Of a DNA stretch of 64,000 nucleotides, positions 13,388 through 26,166 are shown one piece after another; the first letter of the stretch is position 1, and each line of letters opens with the position of its first letter. Made by a program: the position numbers and the translations under genes. The DNA is from Mobula hypostoma (Eukaryota), in assembly GCF_963921235.1 (NCBI RefSeq), contig NC_086108.1, positions 78,680,001 through 78,744,000 on the forward strand, in the 5' to 3' direction. The notes below the pieces were generated by a model. It was given only the letters and a program-made list of their open reading frames with translations, ran no database searches and had not been told where the DNA came from.

Positions 13388-13547
13388 AAACATAGAAAAC
13401 CCACAGCACAATATAGGCCCTTCGGCCCACAAAGTTGTTCCATACATATCCTTAGCTTAGAAATTACTAGGCTTACCCATAGCCGCCTATTTTTCTAAGC
13501 TCCATGTACCAATCCAAAAGTCTCTTAAAAGACCCTATCGTATCCGC
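13388..13547 (-). mobile_element. CR1 3' tail fragment
   Basis: CATAGAAAACCCACAGCACAATATAGGCCCTTCGGCCC. Same subfamily as 16925-17500. Confidence 0.75.
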
Positions 13548-14068
13548 AATATTTCTAAAACTATTGACAGATGGTATCTGCTGAGGAAGATTTTTTTAAG
13601 AGAGATTCAGGCACAGCACCTCCTCGGGGTACAGTTCAAGGCACAGGTGCTATTTCGGCCAGGGCCGGGTAATATGACTGTGAGCAGAGAACATAGGCCA
13701 CAGAGGAGGTATAGTAAAATCCAGTTCAATTAGTAACACCTATTCAGTAAAGTATTATTGAAGTCTGTCAAAAATTTTTTTTAATACTTTATGTCCAAGA
13801 CAAACAATGGGAACTGGTTGCACTTAAGGAGCCATATAATTGCCAGCCCAATATAGAAAATTGACAGAATATTAATAGGTGTTCACTGTCAAAATGTCAC
13901 TTTTCTTTACTCGTGCCTCGTCTTTCCTTCCATGCAAAAGTTTGGAAAAGACTTCCTACCTCATAGGAACAAATCCAACTTGTAAAGAAAAAACTGCCAA
14001 ATACTAAACAGAATTAAATATTTAAGTTCCATGGGAATTTATTTGGAAGTTCCCTCAAATAGCCACAA

Positions 14069-14505
14069 TATAGTCATAGTCATACTTTATTGATCCCGGG
14101 GGAGATTGGTTTTCGTTACAGTTGCACCATAAATAATAAATAGTAATAGAACCATAAATAGTTAAATAGTAATATGTAAATTATGCCAGTAAATTATGAA
14201 ATAAGTCCAGGACCAGCCTATTGGCTCAGGGTGTTTGACCCTCCAAGGGAGGAGTTGTAAAGTTTGATGGCCACAGGCAGGAATGACTTCCTATGACGCT
14301 CTGTGTTGCATCTCGGTGGAATGAGTCTCTGGCTGAATGTAATCCTGTGCCCACCCAGTACATTATGTAGTGGATGGGAGACATTGACCAAGATGGGATG
14401 CAACTTAGACAGCATCCTCTTTTCAGACACCACCGTGAGAGAGTCCAGTTCTATCCCCACAACATCACTGGCCTTACGAATGAGTTTGTTGATTCTGTCA
14501 GTGTC
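14069..14505 (-). mobile_element. Rex1/Babar-like LINE 3' end
   Basis: ORF 14218-14460 ..SHPLH...FSQRLIPPRCNTERHRKSFLPVAIKLYN. AATAAA followed by a (TATGAC)n tail. Confidence 0.85.
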
Positions 14506-14509
14506 TGTA

Positions 14510-15440
14510 GACTTTACACTGACCTTCCCAAGTTCCAGCAGGCAACTAGGAAATATTCAGATGAAACTGCTGCATAGCATTACAACACAACTGTGTGGCA
14601 AGGCACAGCTTAGCTACCATTTACAAATTTGCCAATGACACCACATCACTGTTGGCAGAAACTCTGAAGGCGACAAGGAGGTGTACAGGAGTGAGGTAGC
14701 TCGGCTGGTTGAGTAGTATTGCGGCAACAAGCTCACACAACATCAGCAAGACCAAGGAAATGATTTTGGACCTCAGGTAGGAGAAGTCAACAGAACATAC
14801 ACCAGTCCTCATTGACAGGTCAGGGGTGGAAAGAGGGAGCAGCTTCAAGTTGTTGGGCATCAGTGTCCTGGAGGATCCAGCTTGGGCCCAACCCATGGAA
14901 GCAATTATGATAATTACACACCAGCAGCTCGACTTCACTGGGAGTTTGAAGAGATTTGACATATCACCGAAGAACCTAGCAAACCTCTACAGATGCACAG
15001 ATGAGAGCATTCTGACTGGTTGCATCACTGTCTTGTGCGGAGGATCCAATGCAAAGGATCAAGAGGCTGCAGAGGGTTGTAGACTCAGCGAACTCCATGA
15101 CAGGTACAACCCTCCCAACCAGAGAGAACATCTTCAAGAGGCAGTTCCTCAAGAAGGTAGCATCCATCATTAAGGACCCACACCATGCCCTCTTCTTGTC
15201 ACTACCATCAGAGAGGAGGTACAAGAACCTGAAGACCCACACTCAAACTGTAAGGAATAGCTTCTTCTCTTCTCCAATCAGATTTCTGAATGGCCATGAA
15301 TGCATGATCACTACCTCATTATTCCTCTTTCACATTATTTATTTATTTTTGTAACTTTCAGTAATTTATGTCTTGCACTTTACTGCTGTGCAAAATAACA
15401 ATTTTCGTAACATATATCAGTGATAATAAACCTGATTTTA
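14510..15440 (+). mobile_element. Rex1-like LINE fragment (RT C-terminus to 3' UTR), degraded
   Basis: KFANDT, FKLLGI, NLYRCTDESILTGCITV and HALFLSLPSERRYKNL...NSFFSSPIRFLN. Confidence 0.85.
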
Positions 15441-16089
15441 CTCATAAGAATCAGATGGCTCTAACATCAATGACTCAAATTAGAATCATTAGAATTAGAA
15501 TCAGGTTTATTATCCATCTGCATACACTGCTCACGTTGAATCATTTTGTCGCTGTCACTGGAGAAAATTCTTGTGGCATCGGCGATGGGACTTTCATGTA
15601 ACTACTCATGGATTATAAGGATGATGTGCATATGCTTAGTGATTTTGAAAAAATTACATTCCTGAACCTTATAATAATTTAGACACATAGCTCTTTCCCT
15701 ACAATATTTCATCTACCTTAGGTCACATACAAGAGCAGACTCATCTCTGATGAGTCATGAAGGACTAGCAATTTTCCCTTTCCTTTTTGAAAAGCCAATA
15801 CTCCGAGTTTGTTGAGTTGGTACAAAAGAGTGATATGGATTTAAAGCTATCCCCTCCTGCAGAAAGTTCTCTCTCAGAACAAGGCCAGAAACACACCACT
15901 GGTCTGGAGATATATAACCTGTAGTTCTGTAAGGTTTCTGCATCAAACTGACAAACTGGAAATATCCTCACAATTTTCCTCTTAGATGGTGAAAACAAAT
16001 AGATTAACCCAAGAAAGCATAGTGTGCTCTTTTACAAATTAACCGAATTTGATTATAACTAGTGTACGTATGTTTTTATTTATTACTGA

Positions 16090-16250
16090 GAGACCGCATG
16101 GAATAAGCCCTTCCAGCCCTTCGAGGCACACCGCCCAGCAATCCCCAATTTAATCCTATTTACAATGACCAATTAACCTCAACCAGCAAGTCTTTGAACT
16201 GTGGGAAGAAACCCATATGGTCATGAGGAGAATGTATAAACTCCTAACAG
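16090..16250 (-). mobile_element. V-SINE fragment
   Basis: GACCAATTAACC...GTCTTTGAACTGTGGGAAGAAACC is the reverse complement of the V-domain. Confidence 0.65.
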
Positions 16251-16404
16251 TCAACTATCAACACCACAACAAAGACCAGAATTTTGACACCATCTAAGGA
16301 AGGAGCTTGTGGAAACTGATAACACGATTTTCTGAAATTACATTCTTAGCTGGTACACGAACGATGCAACTGCTTCAAACAGAAGTACATGGTTGAGCGC
16401 TCAC

Positions 16405-16640
16405 CTGGTTTATGATATAAATGCCATAGTTGATTTTCTGCCTGCGGAGAATGGGATGCAAGTAATGGAGCCAGAACTTCAAGTGATGTTCCCTGTGCCT
16501 GAATGGAATGATGATGGCAACTCTTTGCTTAGCTATACAGTCAGAAGGTGTGTATTTGCCTCCCTCTTGTACGTCTGGGTTCTCCCGCTGAACTCTCTCC
16601 ATTGTCATCAGCGAGCTGAATTCTATCAACAGTCTTCCAA
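16405..16640 (-). CDS. B4GALT2: Internal coding exon (236 bp) of a beta-1,4-galactosyltransferase (GT7 family), most similar to B4GALT2
   Basis: Translates (V)GRLLIEFSSLMTMERVQRENPDVQEGGKYTPSDCIAKQRVAIIIPFRHREHHLKFWLHYLHPILRRQKINYGIYIINQ. GRLLIEF, ERVQRENP, PFRHREHHL and HPILRRQ match B4GALT2 better than B4GALT1 as recalled. Acceptor TTTATTGCAG| (phase 1) at 16641 and donor CAG|GTGAGC (phase 0) at 16404. Confidence 0.93.
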
Positions 16641-16924
16641 CTGCAATAAAATTAAAAGACATATGTTAATTTTTCAAGCAAAAATATAAATTGTTTCTCT
16701 TTCATTTGGAAATGCAAGAAAGACAGTAAATTAGTAACCACATAAGCAGTTCATCGAACCTATACATTTTCTTCTATTAGAACAATGTAGTAGCAAAAGA
16801 TAAATTCATTACATTACTTTATTACATGAATGTGCTTTGAGCTATAAGGAGACTTGGACTGTTCAAGTATCTTAGGCCTCCCTGGGCTCCGCAATGCTCC
16901 AAAGTATCTGCTCTCCTCCAATTA

Positions 16925-17500
16925 GAACATAGACATTTACAGCATAATATAGACCCTTTGGCCCATAATGTAATGCCGACCAGGTAACCTACTCTAGAAA
17001 CTGCCTAGAATTTCCCCAGCGCATAGCCCTTCTAAGCTCCATGTACCTATCTAAGAGTCTCTTAAAAGACCATATTGTATCTGCTTCCACCACTGTTGCC
17101 GGCAGTGCATTCCACGCACCCACCATTCTGTGTGGAAAAACTTACCCCTGACATCCCCTCACATCCCCTCAGTACCTACTCCCAAGCACCTTAAAACTAT
17201 GCCTCCCCATGTTAGCTATCTCAGCCCTGGCAAAACAGCCTCTAGCTATCCACACGATCAATGCCTCTCATCATCTTCTACACCTCTATTAGGTCACCTC
17301 TCATCCTCCATCGCTCCAAGGAGAAAAGGCCAAGTTCACTCAACCTATTTTCATAAGGCACGCTCTCCAAACCAGGCAACATCCTTGTAAATCTCCTTTG
17401 CACTCTCTTATAGTATCCACATCCTTCCTGTAGTGAGGTGACCAGAACTGAACACAGTATTCCGTGGGGTCAGACCAAGGTCTTATGTTGCTGTAACTGC
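16925..17500 (-). mobile_element. 5'-truncated CR1 LINE, degraded
   Basis: The reverse strand gives [19 protein letters not shown]. 3' tail AGAACATAGACATTTACAGC. Confidence 0.88.
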
Positions 17501-18051
17501 AATTCTAACCTCATGACCACCCATTTATAATTGCTGATGGGCATGCATTCCTGTATAAGGGGCTCCAGCTGTGGATGTGGTACCATTCACCCTCTCTGGC
17601 ACCTCCTATACACCCTCCCCCACTTTGGCATCTTGTCAGAACTGACCTGTCAATTATCTGGTTGTCAGTCTTCCTATTTCCATATTTGACATCAAATTTG
17701 ATAAAGCCGCAAATTTTATTTGGTAAAGCTCTAGAAGGCAACATTCGAAGATTTTACCAGTAAAGGTACTGAACAAATATGCTGTTACTGTTGTCATGCG
17801 ATCTTGCACCATTACTCAGTTGACCTGTTTAATTGTGACAGTACGGTATCCTGGGATATAAATGTACGTGCGGAGGCAGAGTCATATTCCTATTCCCTGA
17901 ACTTTCTTCTTTTATGAACTACTTAAGGTAATTTTGCATTAATCTTAATCATAGAACAACAAATCACTGGGATCAACATTGCTCATCTGGCCAATGAGTA
18001 CACTACCATTAAAAGGTAGTTCTTGGAGATAAAGAATTAGAAGAATTAGAG

Positions 18052-18255
18052 CAGGGGTTGGCAACCTTTTTGCCTCTGTGGGCCGGATCGTGTATTAATG
18101 AGCAGACCTTCTGGTGAGACCAGAAGGCCAGATAAATGCCATAAAAACTTGAAATATGGGAATTATCCATTTAAATACATCTAGTTATGCTTTACCTCAA
18201 GTTAATGAATAACGCATGCTAGAAAATCATTTGTGCTTAAAGTTGCCTACGCCTG
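18052..18255. mobile_element. hAT (Charlie-type) MITE
   Basis: Termini CAGGGGTTGGCAACCTTT and AAAGTTGCCTACGCCTG. Exact 8-bp TSD AATTAGAG (18044-18051, 18256-18263) with central TA. Confidence 0.88.
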
Positions 18256-20302
18256 AATTAGAGCTTTCATCTCACTGTGCCAGTGAAAGTTGTTAACCTC
18301 AGCAACGGCACTGGCAAGCAGCGGTCTGTGCAGGCAACAAATTAAATCTCAACTTGAATCGGATGCAGATGTGCCCATTTCCAACTTGATTTGAGCCTGT
18401 GGGACCTTTGAACGTAACTCAACCTACACTCTGTAGCCAGGTTTATTTTGGGTAGCCAGTCTCTACTGAGGTGTATTAATATAACTCACAAGGTCACCCA
18501 AAAGTTTTCCTTGTGCATCTCCAGCTGACAATTTTAAGAACAGTTCAAACAGAAAACTAGGTGAGGGATAGGGTGACCTCTCTTTTGCATGTTGATTCCC
18601 ATAAAATACTAAATTTAAATCACAAGGGAAAACTTCCATATTTACATTTTCTCTAGTCATTCCACCAAATTAAATTTATTTATTTATTTCTTCTTCTGCT
18701 ATATTATGTATTGCATTGAATTGCTGCTCCTAAGTTAGCAAATTTCGTGACACATTCTGATTTTGGAAGTGGCATCATGAATACTTAACAGAGGAATAAC
18801 AAAGTTAAAGAAAAAGCAGTTCAAATGTAGAGTGCCAATTTAAATTCTGAATGCTGTAATGAATTACATCCACAATGTCACAGTTAAAATCTACAGTATG
18901 TGCCTCATCTGTAAACTCTGTCCCCATTATGAAGCACTTGGAACAAACATATCCTTTGCTGTGAGACTACCAAATATTTAATTCATATCTTACGCAAACA
19001 TAACAGGATATTCATTATGATGCAAAACTGAAAATAAGGTAGAGAGATGCTACCCTGAGGATTAAAAGCACTGAGCTTCATTACTATCACATAAAAACAA
19101 GAGTATTACATTCGTTCCAAGCCAAACTTTCACAAATTGTGTTCTAATTAACTTCCAGTGCACTGACATTTGAGGTCATTCTGAGTACATATATTGTAAT
19201 GATTTTGTCATTTCATATGATCTTATGGACACTATATTCAGTCCTGTTCTACATTCTGCTAACTGTGTGCAAAAGAGCAAAGCCTTAGAGGATGCTTGCT
19301 GAGCACATTATGTAAATTTTGTAATTAACTCAAATCTGGTTATGTAATTTGTGTCACCAACACAGTAAAATAACTGGAGCTATAGTAATTCCACACATTA
19401 TTTACTTACTGTAAATATTTCTGTCAAACATAAATGTTGTTAATTAGTAATCAGTTTACAATGACCACGACCTATGTTTAAAGCTACAGTTCATGGGAAA
19501 TTATAAAACTGACGAATAAAACTTCAAAATCAAGTTAATGTACTTTTATTCCATTCAGACGAATAACAGTACATAGCAAATTAACTGCCTGGATAACATA
19601 ACCAGTGAACATCTGTAGGATTGTTAAAATAAATTCCTGCCTTCCACTATTTTCAACACAAAGATACCCTGGCATCTTTGGCAGATCTATGGAAAAGCTA
19701 ATATTATACTCCAATTAAAGCCCAGGGAGCAACTCAATTCTTTATTTTCTGTTAAACATACAGAGAATTAGGCATTCCACTGATAACTATGAAAACCTTG
19801 CCCCAAGCGGCTCGATCTGAAGAAGTCAGGTCAATTCCAGTGCAGTCATTATTGAGGGCCAGGAAAAATGCCATGCCCACAGATATAGTCAGGAAGCAGA
19901 CTTCGCTCCAGTTTCCATCTGGCCAGTGGACGTACTGGCACATGCACAGCAGGCTGGCTTCCCACATTATTGAAAATGCTCTCAACTGATTGCCTTTGAC
20001 ATGTTTCCTTTCATCTGTCAAGATGTTAGACAGCATTATCCTAAATTTAGCACTCACATACTTAAATAGACTGTAGCAGCGATTGTGATAGTTTCTCTAA
20101 TATTGGCACACTAACCACAATGTCACTTTCCTGCTCTGTGACCCATTTCCATCTGGGAAGGCTGGAAATGAGCTCATCACAATTGTCTTATTTTTCAGTC
20201 ACCTCAAAGACAATACCCAAAACCACAGCATTGTCCTCTAGTGCCAAGTATTAATACCCCGTGGGAAATGGACTGAATCAAAACTGGCTTTTCTAACCCT
20301 AT

Positions 20303-21113
20303 CACCCTTACACTTCCTCCCTTACCACCATTCAGGGCCCCAAACAGTCCTTCCAGGTGAGGCATCACTTCACCTGTGAGTCGACTGGGGTGATATACTG
20401 CGTCCGGTGCTCCCGATGTGGCCTTTTATATATTGGCGAGACCCAACGCAGACTGGGAGACCGCTTTGCTGAACATCTATGCTCTGTCCGCCAGAGAAAG
20501 CAGGATCTCCCAGTGGCCACACATTTTATTTCCACATCCCATTCCCATTCTGACATGTCTATCCACGGCCTCCTCTACTGTAAAGATGAAGCCACACTCA
20601 GGTTGGAGGAACAACACCTTATATTCCGTCTGGGTAGCCTCCAACCTGATGGCATGAACATCGACTTCTCTAACTTCCGCTAAGGCCCCACCTCCCCCTC
20701 GTACCCCATCTGTTACTCATTTTTATGCACACATTCTTTCTCTCACTCTCCTTTTTCTCCCTCTGTCCCTCTGAATATACCTCTTGCCCATCCTCTGGGT
20801 CACCTCCCCCCCTTGTCTTTCTTCCCGGACCTCCTGTCCCATGATCCTCTCGTATCCCCTTTTGCCTATCACCTGTCCAGCTCTCGGCTCTATCCCTCCC
20901 CCTCCTGTCTTCTCCTATCATTTTGCATCTCCCCCTCCCCCTCCAACTTTCAAACCCCTTACTCACTCTTCCTTCAGTTAGTCCTGACGAAGGGTCTCGG
21001 CCTGAAACGTCGACTGCACCTCTTCCTACAGATGCTGCCTGGCCTGCTGCGTTCACCAGCAACTTTGATGTGTGTTGCTTGAATTTCCAGCATCTGCAGA
21101 ATTCCTGTTGTTT
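20303..21113 (+). mobile_element. 5'-truncated Penelope-like element: GIY-YIG endonuclease C-terminus and 3' pseudo-LTR
   Basis: Open frame ...FTCESTGVIYCVRCSRCGLLYIGETQRRLGDRFAEH...VATHF...LEEQHLIFRLGSLQPDGMN, ending at 20683. 14-bp TSD TTTTCTAACCCTAT at 20289-20302 and 21114-21127. Confidence 0.92.
20980..21015 (+). ncRNA. Minimal type I hammerhead ribozyme with intact core
   Basis: AGTC (stem I) CTGACGA (core) AGG-GTCTCGG-CCT (stem II) GAA AC/GT (palindromic stem III) C^ GACT (stem I). Predicted cleavage is after 21011. Confidence 0.8.
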
Positions 21114-21632
21114 TTTTCTAACCCTATGTGATTTTACTTTAATTGATATAGGGTATGCGTAAAATATGTGCTCATTCTAATCAGTGGGCAGGATAAGTAA
21201 AATGTAAATTGACAGAGGCATTTTGCATTCACTGAGAGAGGAAAAAACACCACTTTAATCTTAAGGCAATTGTTCCTTACACATTGCTACAAATTGTATT
21301 TTTTAAGCTGACTACTTGCTACTGATTTTGTCAAAAGTAATTTCTGAAAGTCAATTTGTGACCTCAAGTTCTTGAACATATTATTATGAACATATTATAC
21401 TAGTAATGATGTTGTTTTAATTGCTTGCAGAAACCTGGCAGTTAAAATTGTCTGCGAGACCTTCTAGTTGACAATCCTGCAGGCTACAATTACATCTTCC
21501 TTTTCTCCATAGACAAGGGATACACTTCCTGCAAACCAGCAGGATACTTCCTTAAATGCACTGACTGAGTTCTGATTACAACAGTGAGACCAGATTGCTA
21601 TTTTCACTGAAGATATGCGGGGGAAATTTTTT

Positions 21633-22251
21633 TAGATTATGAGGACACGCAGTCCTCTTTTATTGTCATTTAGTAATGCATGCATTAAGAAATGATACAA
21701 TATTCCTCCAGTGTGGTATCATAGAAACACAGGACAGACCAAGACTGAAAAACTGACAAAAACCACATAATTATAACATATAGTTACAACAGTGCAAGCA
21801 ATACTGTAACTTGATGAAGAACAGGCCATGAGCACGGTAAAAAAGTACAAAGTCTCTTGAGAAGTCCCATATCTCACGCAGATGGGAGAACGAAGAAAAC
21901 TCTCCCAGCCATACCCGACCACAGTCCGACTATGAGTTGTCCGAAAACTTCCAGCTCCGACCAGCCCTCCGACACCGAGCACCATCTCTGCCGAATGCTT
22001 CGACCCCAGCCCTGGTCGCCAGCGGCAGGCAAAGCCGAGAATTTTGGGGTCTTCCCTCCAGAGATTCTTGATTGCACAGTAGCAGCGACAGCGAACCGGA
22101 CATTTCAGAAGTTACTCCAGATATTCCTCCGTGCTCTCATGGCTGTCTCCATCAAATCAGGATTGTGCATGGCCCCTATTTAACAGATACGATATCATTT
22201 CACAGGAGAGGCTACACACGCTGCGTCGCGCCGCCATCTTCTCCTCCCTCC
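21633..22251 (-). mobile_element. ~620-bp non-coding retro-family, copy 2 (full length)
   Basis: 5' end GGAGGGAGGAGAAGATGGCGG; 3' end as in the other copies. Confidence 0.87.
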
Positions 22252-22784
22252 TAAACCCATCCAATTCAGTTAATCAGGAATAGTCAATGCATGAAGAGGA
22301 CAAGCCAGTCAAATCTTCCATGGGCTTTATAATCTTCCACGAACCACATAGCAAGTTTGATGATCCCCATCAACAAGCATCTTTTGCCTCCCTGTATTTA
22401 ATGCACTCAAGTGCCAGTTTCCTTTGCTATTTAAACTTGTTATATTTTTCTGCTGACCTGGGCTCTTGCTACTTGTTTTCCATCCTATCAAGTCAGTGCC
22501 AGATATCTTTGTTCTTTAATCTCCACTGAACACAAGTAACATTTAAAGAACAGCTGTCTGTATGAACAGGACACTTTGTTAAAGGAAAGCAACAAATGAG
22601 CAAACAATCATTACAGCAAAGGTAGGATTCGCTGGGAAGGGTGCCAAGGAGATCTCTGAGGATATTGTCAGAAGTGGAAAACTTCAGCAAAGAAAGATTA
22701 GATAGCCGAAGGTTGTCTCCTTTGGAACAAAGTGGAGTGAAGAGATTCTTGACTGACCTACAGAAACAGGTTCTTCTGCTTATG

Positions 22785-23015
22785 CAACACACATCAAAGT
22801 TGCTGGTGAACGCAGCAGGCCAGGCAGCATCTCTAGGAAGAGGTACAGTCTTTCAAATCTCTCACTAACTCTTCCTTCAGTTAGTCCTGACAAAGGGTCT
22901 CGGCCTGAAACGTCGACTGTACCTCTTCCTAGAGATGCTGCCTGGCCTGCTGCGTTCACCAGCAACTTTGATGTGTGTTGCTTGAATTTCCAGCATCTGT
23001 AGAATTCCTGTTGTT
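22785..23015. mobile_element. Short Penelope-like insertion with a perfect 67-bp inverted arm
   Basis: 22784-22850 is the exact reverse complement of 22915-22981. 14-bp TSD TTCTTCTGCTTATG at 22771-22784 and 23016-23029. Confidence 0.9.
22883..22918 (+). ncRNA. Hammerhead ribozyme motif with G8>A core substitution, probably inactive
   Basis: AGTC CTGACAA AGGGTCTCGGCCT GAAACGTC GACT. Confidence 0.65.
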
Positions 23016-23339
23016 TTCTTCTGCTTATGAGTAATTTAGGCAAAAAAGCAGGGAACATAAAATTAATGCAACTGGCAGAGAAATTAGATGGCAGATGAGG
23101 GGAAATATCTTCACCTAGTGGTGGCAGGGAACTTACTGCAGAATTCCTCATCGTGTTAAAAATGAGATAAAATGTACTGGAAAAGTTATGACCTGCCATA
23201 GTTCCGGTGAAACTTGCTATTGGTTCTATTCTCTGAATCACAAAAGGTGTAAATTGCTTATGGCAGATTAATGCCAAGAATAAAATCAACTGTAAAATAC
23301 ATTCTGCAGGTGTTCATACCCACTGTAACATACACTATA

Positions 23340-24800
23340 AGACCATAAGATAAAGAAGCAGAATTAGGCCCATTGAGTCTACTTGGTCATTTCATCATGG
23401 CTGATCCAATTTTCCACACAACCCCAATCTCCCGCCTTTTCCCCGTTTCCCTTCACGTCCTGACCAATCAAGAATCTATCAACCTCTGCCTTAAATGTAC
23501 ATAAATACTTGGCCTCCACAGCTGCCTGTGGCAAAGATTTTCACAGATTCAACTCTCTCTGGCTAAAGAAATTCCTCATTTCTATTATAAAAGGGTGATC
23601 CTCTATTCTGATGCTGTGTCCTCTGATCTTAGGGTATGTCCACACTGCGCCGGATAATTTTGAAAACGAAGTTTTTTCTCTTCGTTTTGCTCTCCCGTCC
23701 ACACTGAGCCAGCATTTTCAGTCCTCGAAAACTGAGATTTTCGAAAACACTCTCCAGAGTGAATAAATCTGAAACCGCTTAATATCCGGCGTAGAGTGTA
23801 CGGAGTAAACGGAGAGATTTAAAAACATTGTCATGACAACACCACAACAACAATGCTTTTTTCTGCTTCTGCTTGGTACTGCGCAAGCTGTAACAACGCG
23901 CAGTCGGTGTGAACGGCGTGAGAGTTAAATTGTAAAGTGAGCTTTTTTGACTATTTAAAAACGCTGTCATGACGTGCCAGAACAGATGTTCGTTGTTTCC
24001 TTGAACGCCACCACCTAACAATTTCAGAACAGACGGCAACGAGACTGAAGCCAGAAGAGTTATGTACTCACCAAATACTTTGACCCATAGCTTACTGAAT
24101 AAATAAGTATACTCACTTCGCCCTGTTTTCTGTCCTTGCTTGTACGAAGGTGGTTTACCTACTTATGCAAGTACTTCTCTGACAATAGATGTGTAACAGC
24201 CTAATGTATCATTGTATGGAAATACAAGATAACACTGATGCAGACGTTTTATACATTTAACAAGGTGCTTTATTAATGCAACAGAGTTAGTCAGTTTTTC
24301 AATGTTCGTCGTCAGCTGGGTCATACTGTCCGTGAACTCCCTGTCGGTTGCCTCCATACGCTCCAGTATTTGTTTTTTTTAAGTTTTAAGTCCTCCTGCG
24401 CGAGAGCCAAGAGCAACTCCTTTAAAGTTTTTCTACTCTGTAACTGGACAAACGCGCACGAAGTATATCGTTTCCTCTTAGCTTGTTTTCTGCGTGTCCT
24501 GCGCATGCCCAGTAGGAGGAGATTCGCCCAAATATCCGCCTAATATGGATGGAGATATTTTGAAAAACGCTTAGTGTGGACGCCTGTCGTTTTTACTCGA
24601 AACCGGCGTTTTCAAAATTATCCGGCATAGTGTGGACGTAGCCTTAGACTCTCCCACCGTAAGAAACACCACCTCCACATCCACTGTATCAAGGATTTCA
24701 CCATTTGATAGGTTCAATGAGATCTCCCCTCATTCTTCTGAATTCCAGTGAATACAGGCCCAAAGTCATCAAACATTCTTCTTATGACAAGCCATTCAAT
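23340..24800 (-). mobile_element. CR1 3' fragment split by a Harbinger insertion
   Basis: CR1 tail at 23340. Removing 23632-24646 restores CTCTGATCTTAGACTCTCCC, matching other CR1 copies. Confidence 0.85.
23632..24643. mobile_element. Non-autonomous PIF/Harbinger DNA transposon
   Basis: ~37-bp TIRs GG(G/C)TA(T/C)GTCCACACT..GCCGGATAATTTTGAAAACG. 3-bp TTA TSD at 23629-23631 and 24644-24646. Confidence 0.88.
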
Positions 24801-25398
24801 CTATTACACTACACACTGAATTTTCCTGAAACTTCCCACATATTTTCTGCCGCTGTCCACTTTCACCTCTAAAATCTTACCACTGATTTGCTGTGACACC
24901 CATCAATAAATCTACTGAAAAATTAGAAAATAGAAAGAATGCATCAATCAGTGCCAAGAACAAAATGTTTAATAAGCACTCATGTTAAAGAAAGGAATTA
25001 GCTCTTCAGATTTATTCCATTCCCAATTTCAATAATTTATTGTTACAAGAGACTTTTGACTGCATGATCTGATATAGGTTCAAACAGAAGGCCACTAATA
25101 CCACTGCATCACAGTTTTACACTGTATAATTTATAATAAAAACTTAGTGAAAATCATAATCCATTGGATCAAATGAAGAAATAAGTTAAACACCAATGTG
25201 ATATCCAGGTGATGGGGAGAAGGCAGGAGAATGGGGTTGAGAGGGAAAATGATAATTCCGCTCCTATGTCCTATGGACATAAAATATTCAAAGACAGGAA
25301 CAATCATACTGCAAACACAAGGAAATCTGCAGATGCTGGAAATTCAAGCAACACACACAAAACGCAGCAGACCAGACAGCATCCATAGGAAGAAGCAC

Positions 25399-25434
25399 AG
25401 TCAACGTTTCAGGTCGAGAGCCTTCGTCAGGACT
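25399..25434 (-). ncRNA. Minimal hammerhead ribozyme, core intact, GUU cleavage triplet
   Basis: Minus strand reads AGTC CTGACGA AGG-CTCTCGA-CCT GAAAC GTT GACT. Confidence 0.65.
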
Positions 25435-26166
25435 AACTGAAAGAAGAGCTAGTAGAGATTTGAAAGTGGGAGAGGGGGAGTCTGAAATGATAGGAGAAGA
25501 CAGGAGGGGGAGGGATGAAGCTAAGAGCTGGAAAGTTGATTGGCAAAAGGGATACAAGTCTGGAGAAGGGAGAGGAACATGGGACGGGAGGCCTAGGGAG
25601 AAAGAAAGGCCGGGGTGGGGGAGCACCAGAGGAAGATGGAGAGCAGGCAAGGAGTAATTGTGAGAGGGACAGAGAGAGAGAGAAAAAAGGAAAAAAAAAA
25701 GTTAATAAATATCCCATTCTAATAAGTCTATCCATAGCCTCCTCTACTGTCAAGATGGAGCCACACTCAGGTTGGAGGAACAATACCTTATATTCCGTCT
25801 GGGTAACCTGATGGCATGAACATTGACTTCTCTAACTTCCATTAATGCCCCTCCTCCCATTCTTAACCCATCCCTTATTTATTTATTTCTATTTTTTCCT
25901 TTTTTTTCCCTCTCTCTCTCTTTTCTCCATCCCGCTCACAATAATTCCTTGCCTTCTCTCCATCTTCCCCTGCCGCTCCCCTCCTCCTTTCTTTCTCCCT
26001 AGGCCTCCTGTCCCATGATCCTCTCCCTTCTCCAGCCTCGTATCCCTTTTGCCAATCAACTTTCCAGCTCTTAGCTTCATCCCTCTCCTTCCTGTCTTCC
26101 CCTATCATTTCGGATCTCCCCCTCCCCTTCCCACTTTCAAATCTCTTACCATCTCTTCTCTCAGTT

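Noticed and set aside
16375..16662. The 95-aa ORF taken as a complete gene
   Set aside because: Similarity is confined between canonical splice sites (16405-16640). The ORF's start and stop are intronic.
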